Below are positions 1-12,509 of a stretch of DNA of 64,000 nt, in pieces. The stretch is from Geosiphon pyriformis uo1. Taxonomy: Eukaryota > Fungi > Glomeromycota. The stretch lies in contig JAAOMT010000512.1 in assembly GCA_016748015.1 (NCBI GenBank), positions 778,719 to 842,718 on the forward strand, in the 5' to 3' direction. The translations under genes were made by a program, and so were the position numbers. Numbering within the stretch: the first letter of the stretch is position 1; every line of letters starts with the position of its first letter. A model generated the notes under the pieces. That model was not told the DNA's origin, did not search any database, and was given only the letters and a program-made list of their open reading frames with translations.

Positions 1-1580
1 TTTTGATCATATTTTAAACTTAACAGTACAAATAGTTTTAGATAAAATAAAAAATACTATTTTTAAAGTATTTTTTAAAAACCCAAACCAAATATATTTA
101 CTTAAAATTTTTTTAATGTAAACTTTGTATAAATTAAAGATTAGGGAACTTAACTCTGTAATCTGTATCTTGTTCTAACATTTTAAGCTTTTTGAATACA
201 TCTGTAATACATGTCAAATTAAATATTATAAACTTATTTTAAATTGTTCTATCTGATAGAATTCTACTTATAACATGATCAGAAATAGATTATCTCTTAA
301 ATTAGCAAGTTATTTATTTCTGATTTTGTATATTTTAAATACAAAAATTCCAACTGTAAATTTATAGCCATTAAATACTCTTATTAGCAATTATATTAAC
401 CTTTATTAATATGCTATTTCATATAATTAGTGAACTGTTTTTGATAAAATTGTTAAATTTCTTAAATTATTTAAAGATATTATGATTAAAATATTAGTTA
501 GTTTAAATAATACTGTTTTCTTGATTATTCTTTTTTTTAATATTATTTTTAATCATGTCAAAGACATAGTTAATAATAATAAATTTGGTAAAGCATTATA
601 ATTTCAATTGTATTTATTTAGTTATTTATTTAATATATTTAATATTAGATTTATTACTTATTATAACAACTAAAACAATAAGTAAAAAGTTGATTGAATA
701 TTATTCTAAAACAAATACAACTGTAATGTTCTGTACTATATTAAATCCAAGAAAAAAATTACATTATTTTACAAAAAAAAAAATTTTGGATGACAATATT
801 AATAAAATAAAAGAATTATAAGTTATTAATTTATCTAAACAGTTTTATTTTCTAACTTTTACATAATAAATAAACTTTTAGAATGCATACTTTCTTTGAA
901 ATAAAGTATATACTGGATATTATACTAACATCAAATAACATTTTTTTGTTTAATAGCAATTTTAATAATATTATAATATTAATTATATAATTTATATTAA
1001 AGACAGACTTTAATAATAATGAACAAAAAAACTTGACAAAATTAATTGTTATATTTTTAAAAAAATGGTTAATAGAAAAATAAATGTAATAACATGATGG
1101 AAGATATATTATAAAAAATATTTATTTAAATTAACATTTTATTAATAATTCAATATTTAAACATATTAAACACAATTTTTTCATTTTATATATATAGTTC
1201 ATAATTATTTAACAATTCAAGAATTATTTGTTGTTTCTGAATGCATTTTTTTTGCAGATGAAAATATGATTACAGATATAAAATTTCACTTAGTGCCTAA
1301 AATTATAAGAGCAGTATAGTGTCTTTGATTATAAATACAAAAATTATTGAAAAAAAAATTAAATAATAATATAGTATAATATAATGTTTTTAATAATTGA
1401 ACCTAAACATATTCATAAAACTTGAACCAGACTTGTTATATATGTTTGGATTCAGTTTAAGTTTAGTAATTTTAAGTCTGGTTCAAGTTTGAATTTGAAA
1501 TTTTGCCATATTTTCTGTTTAAGTTTAATTTAATTTAGTAGTTTGATTGAACTTGAACTAAACTAAACTGAATATTAAAA
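1..1580 (+). mobile_element. Hypermutated hAT DNA transposon relic (3' part)
   Basis: ~230-285 reads KLILNCSI**(frameshift)STYNMIR, matching the hAT DxxTRWNSTYxM motif. 1206-1334 reads YLTIQELFVVSECIFFADENMITD...IRAV*CL*L*, which C/G restoration converts to the hAT dimerisation motif YLAIQGSSVASERxFSAGG...CLRSW. GAAC-rich subterminal repeats at 1398-1572 include a perfect 17-bp inverted repeat (1418-1434/1474-1490). Confidence 0.7.
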
Positions 1581-1589
1581 TCTTAGAAA

Positions 1590-2090
1590 GAGAATTAATT
1601 ACTATTAAAAAGATATTATTTAAAATTTTATTTGAAACTATAAAAAAATTTAATATAACAATACTAAATATAAACAACTACTATTGTTTTTTTGATACTT
1701 TGGTCTTTTTGGCTATTTGCAAAAAAATAATATTATTATTAATAGTAATAACAAAAAAGACCAACTTATTAACTAGCTTATTGTTAAATACTTTTGGGCT
1801 TTTAAAAAAATAAAAACAATACTAAAATTAATTTAAATGTGTTTTTTAGAAAAAACTTTAACTAGAAAAAACCACTAGCCAAAGATAAAAAAATGCTTTA
1901 GAAGTTATTAAAAACAATTTTTAACTAATATTTAGAAAAAATACTGTCAAAATATTTTGTTTAACTGCTTTAACAATAAAAAAATCTTCTTTTATTGAAA
2001 CTTTATTAGTTAAAAAAAGAAAAATAATATTTGAAACTTTTTTACTTTTTGTTCTAATTATAATTATAAAAACAAGAAAAAAAAATTTTA
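1590..2090 (-). repeat. 5' fragment of the non-LTR ORF1 relic family
   Basis: Colinear similarity to 19790-20260 and, inverted, to 26300-26780. Confidence 0.65.
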
Positions 2091-3895
2091 ATAATATTTA
2101 TAATTTTAAAAATTTTAGATTAATTGTAATTAGTTATAAAAAAAATTTTTTATTATTATATATTTAATAAATATAGTCTAATTACTATTTAGATATTAAA
2201 TACAAACCAAGCAAATAATTTAATTATCAAAAACCAAAAAAGTTGTTTATTAAGATTAAATATAGTTCATGTATTTTCTACATATAATTAGCTATTTAAG
2301 CCAGCTTAAACTATATTATGTTAATGCTATTAAAAAAAAACCTACTTAAAAAAAACATTCTTTGAACAATCTTAAACAAAATAACACTATTATTAATTAT
2401 TTTAATCAGTTATTTAGCTGTTTTCAATGTATTAATCTTTATAGCAACAAGTTTGTGTTCTTAAAGCAACATTAAATTAAAAAATGTATTATCATTTATT
2501 GTAAACAAATTCATTTGAGAACCAGCTATATTAATATTTTTATAATTGTATTCAGTTTTTAAAACAACTATTTTATATTTTAGCTTATTAATAGCTTTAT
2601 TAAAAGCATTTATATATACCATAATTTTATTGATCTTAAGACTAAATGCTTTACTTAAAACCAAATTATCATTAATAAATTGTTTAAACACAATAACTAA
2701 AAAACCAATAGGCTTAATAATAGACTTAATTAATATAGAAAGTTTGACCAAATCAGCTTTTAGAGAAGTCAATTAAAAGAACATCATAAAATTACTGACT
2801 ACAATTACAGCAAAAGAAACAAAGCCAACCAAAAATATAGAAATTAGAGATAATACAGATATAATAGTCTTAATATAAGACTTGGCACCAATAAAACAAG
2901 ACACAACTATCTTGAAAATCTTAAAAAAAAGAAGTAAAAACATCTTATAATTAACAGCCAAATGATTTAAGTCTTGATATTTAAAACAAAATTAGCATTT
3001 AAAAGTTTTTTACCAAATATAATACTTTTTCAAAGTATTAGTTTTAATAATAGTGTTACAGATTGGAGTAACAAGCTAATGGATAGCAAGGAAGAACAGA
3101 ATTGTAGGGTAATGGAAATAATCAAAGGGGATTCAACTTCAATGAGTAAATTGAATGAGTATGGATTCAATGTGCAAAATCAGTCTCATAAAATATCTCA
3201 ATCGCTATTCTTTTCAAAAGGTAACAAGGGAATCTGAAGGTAGAAGGATAGTCTGTACTGTCAACAATTAATCACCACTGGTATTAATTCTATGCCTTTA
3301 TATCGGTGCTCTTAGAATTTAATATCAGGTATCAACTTGTACTCTTCAGTCACGTTTATACAAATAGTTTTCAAATACTACAATTATTTAAACAGGAAAA
3401 GACCAACAAGTAATCTTTTATCCTAAGATGTTCGGTGTTACGGAATGGTTTTCTTGTTATATTTAATTGCTGATATCCCGCTTTAATTGCAATCAGTCTT
3501 TCGTGAGTTTCTCAGTTCTATTTGTGTGATAATGTCACTGTTACACTGAAGGCTTTCTTTTTACTGTTGTGATGTAAGTTATTCTTTAATTCTTGATTGT
3601 TGTGTGTGTTTATGTACTCTTTTTTAGAGGCTGAACTGAAATCTACCCACTGTCTGGGGTCTTCTCTGAGGCTATTCTTGCAATTGCCTGATGTGTTTCT
3701 CTAATCTAGAAACACAGAATGTTAATGGTCTTTAGTGCTTTTCTAATTCTCACAATAAAGCTTTTATCAATTAGTAACAATGTGAATAATCTTGATCAAG
3801 GATTATTCTTCCAAGGGATTCAGTTGATGAATGATAGTTTCATTCAATAAATAATACAAGTAAGTTTCTTAATACNNNNNNNNNNNNNNNNNNNN

Positions 3896-6315
3896 GATTC
3901 CAGTAATAAAGTATGTGATTTTGGATGAAATAGTGTTTTGCTAATTTTTGGAGCTTAATTAGCTCTTTTACTGGCATTTCTTTGTCTATTTGTAGTGTTT
4001 CCAAGTATTGGCTGAGGTTTTTGTAAAGGTGGTTGTTCATTGTTGTTGTGGCGGGTGGGTTGGTGATTTTTATGTGTGTCTCATTCTTGACAAACAGTCG
4101 GCATTAGCATTTTTGGTACCTTCTTTGTATTTGATAATATAATCGTATGGTGCTAACGTTTGTGACCATCTGACATATTTTCCTTTTAGTGCTTTCTTGT
4201 TATTTAACCAGACCAGACCTCTATGATCTGTCGTAATCTCAAAGGGTTGGTATCGTAAATATGTGTCAAAGTGAACACCAGACTACTGCTAAGCATTCAA
4301 GTTCATGTGCTGCGTAGTTTTGTTCTGCCGTACTGAGACTTCTGCTGGCATAAGCGATTACATATTCTCTTCCATTATCATTTTTTTGTGACAGAATGGC
4401 TCCAAGTCCAGTTCCAGAGGCATCTGTGGCCAAAATGAATTTCTTGTTGAAATTCGGATAGATCATTATTGGTGATTCAATGAGCTTTTGTCTAAGGTAC
4501 TCAAAAGCTTTTTGTTGTGCTTCAGTCCATTCAAACTTCACATTTTTAGATAGTAGGTAATTAAGGGGTTTGGCGATGTTTGAAAAGTTTTCTACAAAGC
4601 GGTGGTAGTAAGATGCGAGTCCTAAAAAGCTTCTAACTTCTGAGATGTTTCGAGGTACTGGAAAATTTTTCACTTTGTCTATTTTTGATGGATCTGGTTT
4701 TATTCCATTTTTTCCAACTACGTGTCCTAAAAATGCTAGCTTATTTTTCCCAAAGAAACATTTTTCTAGATTTAGTTTAAGTCCAGCGTGTCTCAATCTC
4801 TCAAAAACTTGTTGTAAATGTTGGAGATGATCCGTGAATTTTGATGAGAAAACATTTGTATCATCCAAGTAGACAACAACAGATTGCCACAGGATTCCGG
4901 AGTAAATTACGTCCATTAGTCTTTGGAATGTCGCGGGAGCGTTTGTTAATCCAAATGGCATTACATTGAACTCATAATTGCCATTTTGTGTTGTGAATAC
5001 TGTTTTATGCCTGTCCTTTGGGTCCATTTCCACNNNNNNNNNNNNNNNNNNNNCACAGAATGTTAATGGTCTTTAGTGCTTTTCTAATTCTCACAATAAA
5101 GCTTTTATCAATTAGTAACAATGTGAATAATCTTGATCAAGGATTATTCTTCCAAGGGATTCAGTTGATGAATGATAGTTTCATTCAATAAATAATACAA
5201 GTAAGTTTCTTAATACTTTGGGTTGTGATAGTTTAGTTTTAAATATTCTTTTTCATTTCTTTTTGATTTTAAAGGTTTCTTGGGATATTTAATTTGAAAG
5301 TATGATTTAAAGTGGAGTTTGTGGGATAAAATTGGATCTATTGCTTGATAAGTTATGATTTTTATTACTTGATTTTTTTTTTCCCAATATTAAAACTACT
5401 GTATATATACATGTTTGTAGTTCTATGAGAAAATACTTTCTTTTTGATATTTCAACCTGGTGTTTGCTGCTATCACCAATTGGTGTTGGCTGCTATTGTG
5501 AACTGGTGCTTGCCACTATCGCGAGATGGTGTTTGCTACTATATTAATCATTATCTTTCTAAGATTATTACTGTGCTATATTATGATTGAATAGTTTGTA
5601 TTATTTTTATGATTCTTTTTTCTAAATTTTTAAACTGTAACATTATCCCCTCCTTTCAAGATTGAGCTCCATTGAAATCGAAGTTAATTTCTTATGTATT
5701 GAATTATGTCTGAGCTCATTTTTGGCCAATAGTAACGGCTAGTTGCACGTTGGATGGTTGCTGTTTTTCCAAAGTGGCCTGAATGAATATCTGAGTGCAT
5801 GTTAAATAAGATAGTTTCTTTTTCATCTGTGGTTATAACTCTTAATAGATTATCTGGATTTTGTCGATTCCANNNNNNNNNNNNNNNNNNNNGTTTGTTA
5901 ATCCAAATGGCATTACATTGAACTCATAATTGCCATTTTGTGTTGTGAATACTGTTTTATGCCTGTCCTTTGGGTCCATTTCCACTTGTCAGTACCCACT
6001 GGTCAAGTCCAGTATAGAAAACCATTTTGCTCCTCCAAAAACGTCGAAGATTTCGTCAATTAACGGTATTGGGTATGAGTCTTTGGTTGTTTTGCTGTTT
6101 AGTTTGTGATAGTCGATGCAAAATCTAATTTTTCCGTTTTTTTTCCTTACTAAAACAACTGGTGAGGACCATGGGCTCATTGATGGTTGTATTATTTCTT
6201 TTTCCAATATGCTTTGGACTTCTTCTCTGATAAAATTATGCTCCATTGGTGGGACACGGTAAGTGCATTGTTTTTCAGGTCTGGCATCTCCAGTGGAGAT
6301 TTGGTGTTGAACCAA
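3896..6315 (-). pseudogene. Element B RT/RNase H and truncated integrase (contig order scrambled)
   Basis: SPWSSPVVLV, FCIDYHKLN, MPFGLTNAPATFQR, YLDD and TDASGTGLGAIL motifs; integrase N-terminus MHSDIHSGHFG...YYWP at 5685-5872; in-frame TGG>TGA stops. Confidence 0.9.
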
Positions 6316-6384
6316 GTTGGTTCTTCCAAATTCGCCATTTCTTGAAAATATATCAGAGTATTTTAAAATTAATGCTTTTAATTG

Positions 6385-8868
6385 TCACTGTTGGTCGGGA
6401 TCCATTGTTCCAATGTTTAATTTGGTCAATTCTTCTGGCGTAAATTGATAGCATTCTACCGGTTGTTGCCAATTTATTGAAGTGAGTTCACAGTAGAGGG
6501 CGATTTCTGGGAAATTTAGAATTTCTTGTGGTGTTGACACGTTTTCTAGCTCCATTCCGAAGTATCCAATGATGGTATCTTCCAGAATGTAGACAGGTTC
6601 TTCTGTGGTGTTTGCGATAGGAATTTTTATCCATTGAGCTTTATCAGCTGGAATAAAAAGGTTAGTAAGTCCTATGAGAAACTGTTGGCAAGTTTCTGGG
6701 TAGGGCTCAAATATTAAGTCTTTTTTTTTAATTGTTCTTTTTATTCTTATTTCTGATTTTCCATATGATAGGAGTGTAATGGACCGCTCATTTTTAATTA
6801 CTTCGCCTTTTTCCCCTATTGTTTCAGCAAAATTCGCTTCAATTCCTTTTCCTGTCGATCCGAAACCAAAAGTTCCTTTCGTTGTTTGTGACAATTCCTC
6901 ACGATTTTCCACTGAGACGAATTTCCCAATTTTTACCAATGGTAAGAAAATTGCTTGTGCAATCTTTTCCTTAGATTCAATGGTATAAGGCTTTTCTGAA
7001 TTGTTTTGTAGCAAAACCATCAAATTTCCAGTGTATCCGGAGTCAATTACTCCTTTTTGAACGCTTATTCCTTTTTTCGCGAGGCTTGATTGCGATGCCA
7101 TTTGAACCATTATTCCTGGCAGAATTTCAACCGCTATTTTTAGGTCGATTTTGGTGATGCTTCTGGGTGGTAATGTTGTGGATTGGTCTTCCGGATAACA
7201 TAGATCGAATCCGGCGTCGGTTGGATGGGCTCTTTCAGGTATTATTCCTAAATGCCCGTTGTCAAAGTATTGGATGTCGGTCACTTGTTCTAGGTCGGTA
7301 TAGGCTACAAATTTTTCTGACTCGGGACCGTCAGGTGAGTCTTGTTGATTTATTGATTGATTTTGAGACTGCTGATTCTCAATTTCCATTTTTCTTTCTA
7401 AGTCCCTTTCGTCTTGACACTCTTCACAGTACTGACTTTGGCACGGAATGAGACAGTATTCGCAGAGGTAAGTGTTGATTTGGGCGAGGTATTGTTTTTG
7501 CTCTTGTCGAGTGGGGCATAGTTGTTGGTAGTAGTCCTGGAATTCGTCCACTGGGTCGAACATGTTGTAGCTGGTGACTTCGTCGGCTACTTCGGCTGAC
7601 TCTTTCCAACGTCGTATTTCTTCGGCAGTTCCTCCTCTTACTTTGGCTTGTGCGGTGTTATACAACTCATCCTCGTTGTGTGGGTAGTGCTGTAGTCTTT
7701 TTAACACTCTGTTGAACGCTGCTTCGAACGGCGTTCCTCCTTTTACCCAGTCACAGATGAGGATCGTGTATTGGCAAGTTGCGTCACACATTCCTCCTCT
7801 GCCTGGTAAGTCATTCCAGTCGCACCCTCTTGGTAACGGTTCTCCACAAGCGAGACACGGTTCCTCGTCCCATTTTCCATGTTTTTCTGGGTAACCGTAT
7901 TTTTCTTTGTTACAACGGTTACAATAGTAGTGGGTGGGGTTTCTTGGGTCTTCGTCCAGTGTGCTGCATGCAGTCATAGACGAGAGTTTCTTCTTGCAAA
8001 CCGAGCATTCTAGCTTTGGTCTGTGTCGCTGGTGGTTTCTTCGTGAACTTATCTGGTTCCATTCAGATCTTTCTTCGCTGGTCCACGTTGGTACGGCTGG
8101 TAGTTTTGTTCTTTGGTCATCAGCCTAAGAGAGCTGATAGGTTTCGATGGCTGGTAGTGCTGGATTTTCCTCAAATTCGAAGGTAGGTCTTTGGTTGGCG
8201 CTGGGTTTTTGGAAATGGCCACAGATGGCTGGAATTTTGGCTTGGTAGCCATTATAATTGATCAGAAGCTCTTGGGTGGTCCAGTCTAGGGTGGCGTTGG
8301 CTTTTGTTAGCCAGTCATTCCCTACTAACGCTTGATATTGTGTAGCGTCCATTACTAATACTTTTGTAGGTATTATTATGCCATTAATTTCGAAAGGGAA
8401 TGAGTCGATTTTGCCATAAGGCAGCTTTGTACTTCCATTGGCTGTTATAATTTGGGACGTCGCGGCACGATCAACTTTGAAACCCAGTTGGTTTACTAGT
8501 TGAAGCATTACAATGCTTCCAGCGGATCCACTGTCTAAGATAAGTTTGATTGGGGTATTGTTTACAGTGGCTTCCATATACATAGCAGTGATTGGGCGTT
8601 TTTCGTCCAATGCTGCTCCACTGAACATAACCTCGTTTTCCTCTAATTCAAAAGGAAAAATAGCTGCGAGGCTGCTATCTTCGGTGGCAACTGCTGGTAG
8701 TATTGTCTGGCTCAATTTAGAGGAATTCTTGGTTCTGTTTATGTTTCTACCATTATTGTTTCCGATGATCAGGTTTTCCGGTATATTAAGGTAAGTTTGT
8801 TGATAATTTTGGTAGTTTGGATTGGTTTGCTGATTGGTTCCGGCGCAGTTTGGATTCCTCTGGACCAA
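6385..8868 (-). pseudogene. Element B aspartic protease, Cys-rich region and dUTPase domain
   Basis: Protease LILDSGS (~8530). dUTPase motifs AGFDL, SQSS, GVIDSGYTG, IAQ and KGTFGFGSTG at ~6850-7240. Confidence 0.9.
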
Positions 8869-8880
8869 CGCGTTCTGGTT

Positions 8881-10740
8881 CTACATGGGCTGATTTCGGG
8901 CCTCGGGACGCCAATTCGGGTTGGCTATCATGGGCTGTTGCTGGTAAGCTCCTTGATTTTGATACGTGGTGGGATATTGGCGTGGTATTGGCATGTACTG
9001 GTTTCTGGGCATTTGGGGTGGCGCGTAGTAATTATTTTTGCATGCTTTCTGCATCATTCGTGTTCGACATTGACTAATCAAATGTCCTACACATTTGCAA
9101 AAATGGCAGGTGTGTGTTTCTGTTCTGAATTCCTGGCGCAACGGGCGATTATTTCGACTGTCGCTGACTTCCTGGCTGCGTCTTTGGGGTGGTTGGTATG
9201 TATTTTTTCTCAGATCCGGGATGAGGTAACTTTCTATTTTCTTAGAGAGTTCCTCCCCTAATCACATTACTCTTTTCTCTAATGTTTCTGTCTTATTTTC
9301 CTCCATTACCATGTTAACTATTTAACTATGGTTAGCTTCTTTCTCAGCCGATTCAAGGGCTCTGGTGAGCGTAACAGCTTCTGGTAAGGAATTAGGGTAA
9401 GCAGGACGTACTCTTCTTAAAATGCTGCTTTTTAATTCTCTAATAAACTGATTTAAAACCTGAAGATCAGTGTAGTATCCTTGTTCAATCACTTCAATCT
9501 GACAGCGAATTTGATTGAATCAAGCAAGGTATTGGGTGACAGTTTCACTGGTATTTTGCTTGATAGTATTGAATTCGTTCTGTAGTTGGATTACAGCGTT
9601 TGGGTCGCTAAAATACTCCAGGAGTGCATTTTTAAATTCGGCGAAGCTCGTGGGTTTTGTTTCCAGGCTTTGATACCACAAGTCGGCTGTGCCTTTCAGG
9701 AAGAAAGGTAATATTTGAATTGTTCTTTGGTTGTTCCAGTTATTTGCCTGGATGGCTTTTTGTGCTTCTCTGAGCCATGTGTGCACGTCCGTTTCTTCTT
9801 CCTCTCCTGAGAAATCTGTTAGTCTTGCAATGTATGGTGTGGTCATTTCGTTGCCGTTTTCTGCTGGTGGGTTTATTGGTCTAAGAGAAGGTGGGATGAT
9901 ATTTCCTTGAGCATTCCTAAAGGTGGCTTCCCTTATATCCGGTTCTTCCTCTTGATCACGAGTTTCTTGGTTTCTGGACTGGCTGCTTGTTCCAGTGACT
10001 GGTCTTGTGATTGTTTTTTCGCTGGTCTCTTTTTCGGATTCTGATTCAGACTCCTCTTCACAGTTTTCAAACTCCGTTCTAAATTTTGGCTGAAAAAGAG
10101 AGTTTTGGAATAGTGATAAATATTCTCCTGTAATTGGTATGTTTCCCCAGTTACATTGTTTAATTTTATCAATATAACTAGGAGTTTTTGGCATTTGTGG
10201 AGTTGATGTTGATAATGATGCAGCTCCTAATGGAATTTGTATCTTATTTTCTGGTGAAAAATGGTATAATTTATCTTCTGGTGAATAAATACGTTGTTTC
10301 TTTATTGATTGAGTGACAGTTTTCTTTGGCATTTGAGCTGGTGTTTCTAGTTTTTGCTGGTTACTTTCCTGATTAGTTTCTAAATTTTCTTTGGTTTTGT
10401 TGGCGCGTTCCCTAGTGTTTCCTGTGGATATTGGAAAATTTTCGTTGGCATATTGCTCAATTTCTCGATGGATTTTGACAATAGTTGCGGCTATTACTGC
10501 TACTTCTTTTGTAGTGTATTGTGATAATTCTCTATACAATCCAAGTTTTGCGTCGTGTGGTTCTTCTTCCTTTCCTATATGATAATTTATTCTGGCGTTG
10601 ATATAATAAGTGAGAGCAGATTCTGCTGGACAACACCCTTCTGGTAATCCAAGATCACTTTAATTTTGTGTGTAAATAGCATGGCAGAATTCAAGAACAG
10701 TAAGATTAAGGGTTTTTGTCACCACTTTTGTCTTTTCCTT
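8881..10740 (-). pseudogene. Element B gag
   Basis: Capsid-like DFSGEEEETDVHTWLREAQKAIQANNW...FLKGTADLWY; CCHC knuckle CHFCKCVGHLISQC; premature stops. Confidence 0.85.
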
Positions 10741-11812
10741 TTTAGCAATGAATTATTGCTAATTATTATTTCCTTTTTNNNNNNNNNNNNNNNNNNNNNN
10801 NNNNNNNNNNNNNNNNNNNNNNNNNNNNNNNNNNNNNNNNNNNNNNNNNNNNNNNNNNNNNNNNNNNNNNNNNNNNNNNNNNNNNNNNNNNNNNNNNNNN
10901 NNNNNNNNNNNNNNNNNNNNNNNNNNNNNNNNNNNNNNNNNNNNNNNNNNNNNNNNNNNNNNNNNNNNNNNNNNNNNNNNNNNNNNNNNNNNNNNNNNNN
11001 NNNNNNNNNNNNNNNNNNNNNNNNNNNNNNNNNNNNNNGAATAATCTTGATCAAGGATTATTCTTCCAAGGGATTCAGTTGATGAATGATAGTTTCATTT
11101 AATAAATAATACAAGTAAGTTTCTTAATACTTTGGGTTGTGATAGTTCAGTTTTAAATATTCTTTTTCATTTCTTTTTGATTTTAAAGGTTTCTTGGGAT
11201 ATTTAATTTGAAAGTATGATTTAAAGTGGAGTTTGTGGGATAAAATTGGATCTATTGCTTGATAAGTTATGATTTTTATTACTTGATTGATTCTTTCCCA
11301 ATATTAAAACTACTGTATATATACATGTTTGTAGTTCTACGAGAAAATACTTTCTTTTTGATATTTCAACCTGGTGTTTGCTGCTATCACCAATTGGTGT
11401 TGGCTGCTATTGTGAACTGGTGCTTGCCACTATCGCGAGATGGTGTTTGCTACTATGTTAATCATTACCTTTCTAAGATTATTACTGTGCTATATTATGA
11501 TTGAATAGTTTGTATTATTTTTATGATTCTTTTTTCTAAATTCTTAAACTGTAATATCGGATACTTGAAGGTAGGGAAAAGGAAATTAGTGATAAAAGAG
11601 TGATTGAGATGAAAGTTATTTTTATTTATTTAATTCTTGTCTGAAAGATGATTTTCTATAGCTAAGAGACTCATTGCTTATATAGCTAATGAAAGTGGTC
11701 AATGATCAGGTCAATAATCAGGTCAATGGTCAGGTTATTGATCAGATCAATGATCACTATCTAAAAATAGAGTGACTAATTATATGACATCAGTGGCTAA
11801 TACATGTGATAA

Positions 11813-12469
11813 CTAATAAAAATTATGAGTTTCAATCATAACATCATCCTCTCCAAAGAGATTGAGCTCTAGTAAAATCAAGCTATTTATAGGGTATTCT
11901 AATTGAAGAGTTTTGTTTAACTCAAAACTAACTAGTTTGTTAAAGTCTTTTGTGGATAGAGTGTATAGTACTTGAGGCAAAATAAGCTTTGTATCCAAAA
12001 GACCAAATCTTTGTATAAGAGTTTTGGCTCTTTTTACAATGGTTAAAACTCTTGGGACATCTAAACGTATAATGCCCAAAATTTTCATTTGTATCTCTAA
12101 AGTTGTTTTCTTCATGAGCTTTATTTCTTCTATGATTTCACCAAGACAACCATAGAGTTCTAGTTGCCTTTTATATGACAAGTTTTTGTCTATGGGCAAG
12201 ATTTCTTTAATTATTTTTCCAATTGTCATAAAAGGTGTAAGTATTGCTGCTGTTATGCTTTCCAGCAAATACTTATCCATTTTGCTACCAATTTTTTTTC
12301 TTCTGGTAGTGGTTTTCTTTGGTCTAATAACAGTATGTGTTCCACTGTTATCAGTTATGGTGGTTTGTTTTCCAATGGTCAGAGTAGCATTTGGATAATT
12401 TTTGATCCAGTACTCATGGAGAATATAGAAAGCATTTTGAATGTTTTGATCTAAGAAATAATTGTTCAT
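11813..12469 (-). CDS. Element A extra ORF (ORF3) between integrase and 3' LTR, unknown function
   Basis: Open frame 11813-12565 with first ATG at 12469 (218 aa). It is in a different frame from the integrase C-terminus and runs through the PPT into the LTR. Confidence 0.6.
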   Translation of the reverse strand: MNNYFLDQNIQNAFYILHEYWIKNYPNATLTIGKQTTITDNSGTHTVIRPKKTTTRRKKIGSKMDKYLLESITAAILTPFMTIGKIIKEILPIDKNLSYKRQLELYGCLGEIIEEIKLMKKTTLEIQMKILGIIRLDVPRVLTIVKRAKTLIQRFGLLDTKLILPQVLYTLSTKDFNKLVSFELNKTLQLEYPINSLILLELNLFGEDDVMIETHNFY

Positions 12470-12509
12470 GTCGATTGAAGATACCTCTGTTTTGGGAATG
12501 GTGCATTTA

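Larger units (their letters stand above)
3436..11556 (-). mobile_element. Ty3/gypsy LTR retrotransposon B with dUTPase, nested in the 3' LTR of A
   Basis: Termini TGTTACG...TGTAATA; 4-bp TSD TCGG (3432-3435/11557-11560). LTR copies 5054-5642 and 11039-11556 are nearly identical. PPT next to 5642. Internal contigs are separated by N gaps. Confidence 0.93.

Noticed and set aside
585-3237. Short I/K/L/N/F-rich ORFs (also 19859-20077 and 36888-37115)
   Set aside because: By-products of AT-eroded repeats, LTR sequence or antisense frames; not genes.
3875-5985. Apparent third LTR, duplicated RT segment and integrase located upstream of RT in element B
   Set aside because: Assembly artefact. Segments flanking the N gaps overlap exactly (3714-3874 = 5054-5214; 4942-5033 = 5893-5984; GATTCCA at 3896 and 5866). 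Swapping contigs 3896-5033 and 5054-5872 restores the normal RT-RH-IN-LTR order.
10666-11082. ORFs spanning the long N run
   Set aside because: Created by the scaffold gap.
11697-11756. Regular short repeats as a possible CRISPR array
   Set aside because: Tandem 12-mers without unique spacers, inside a eukaryotic LTR.
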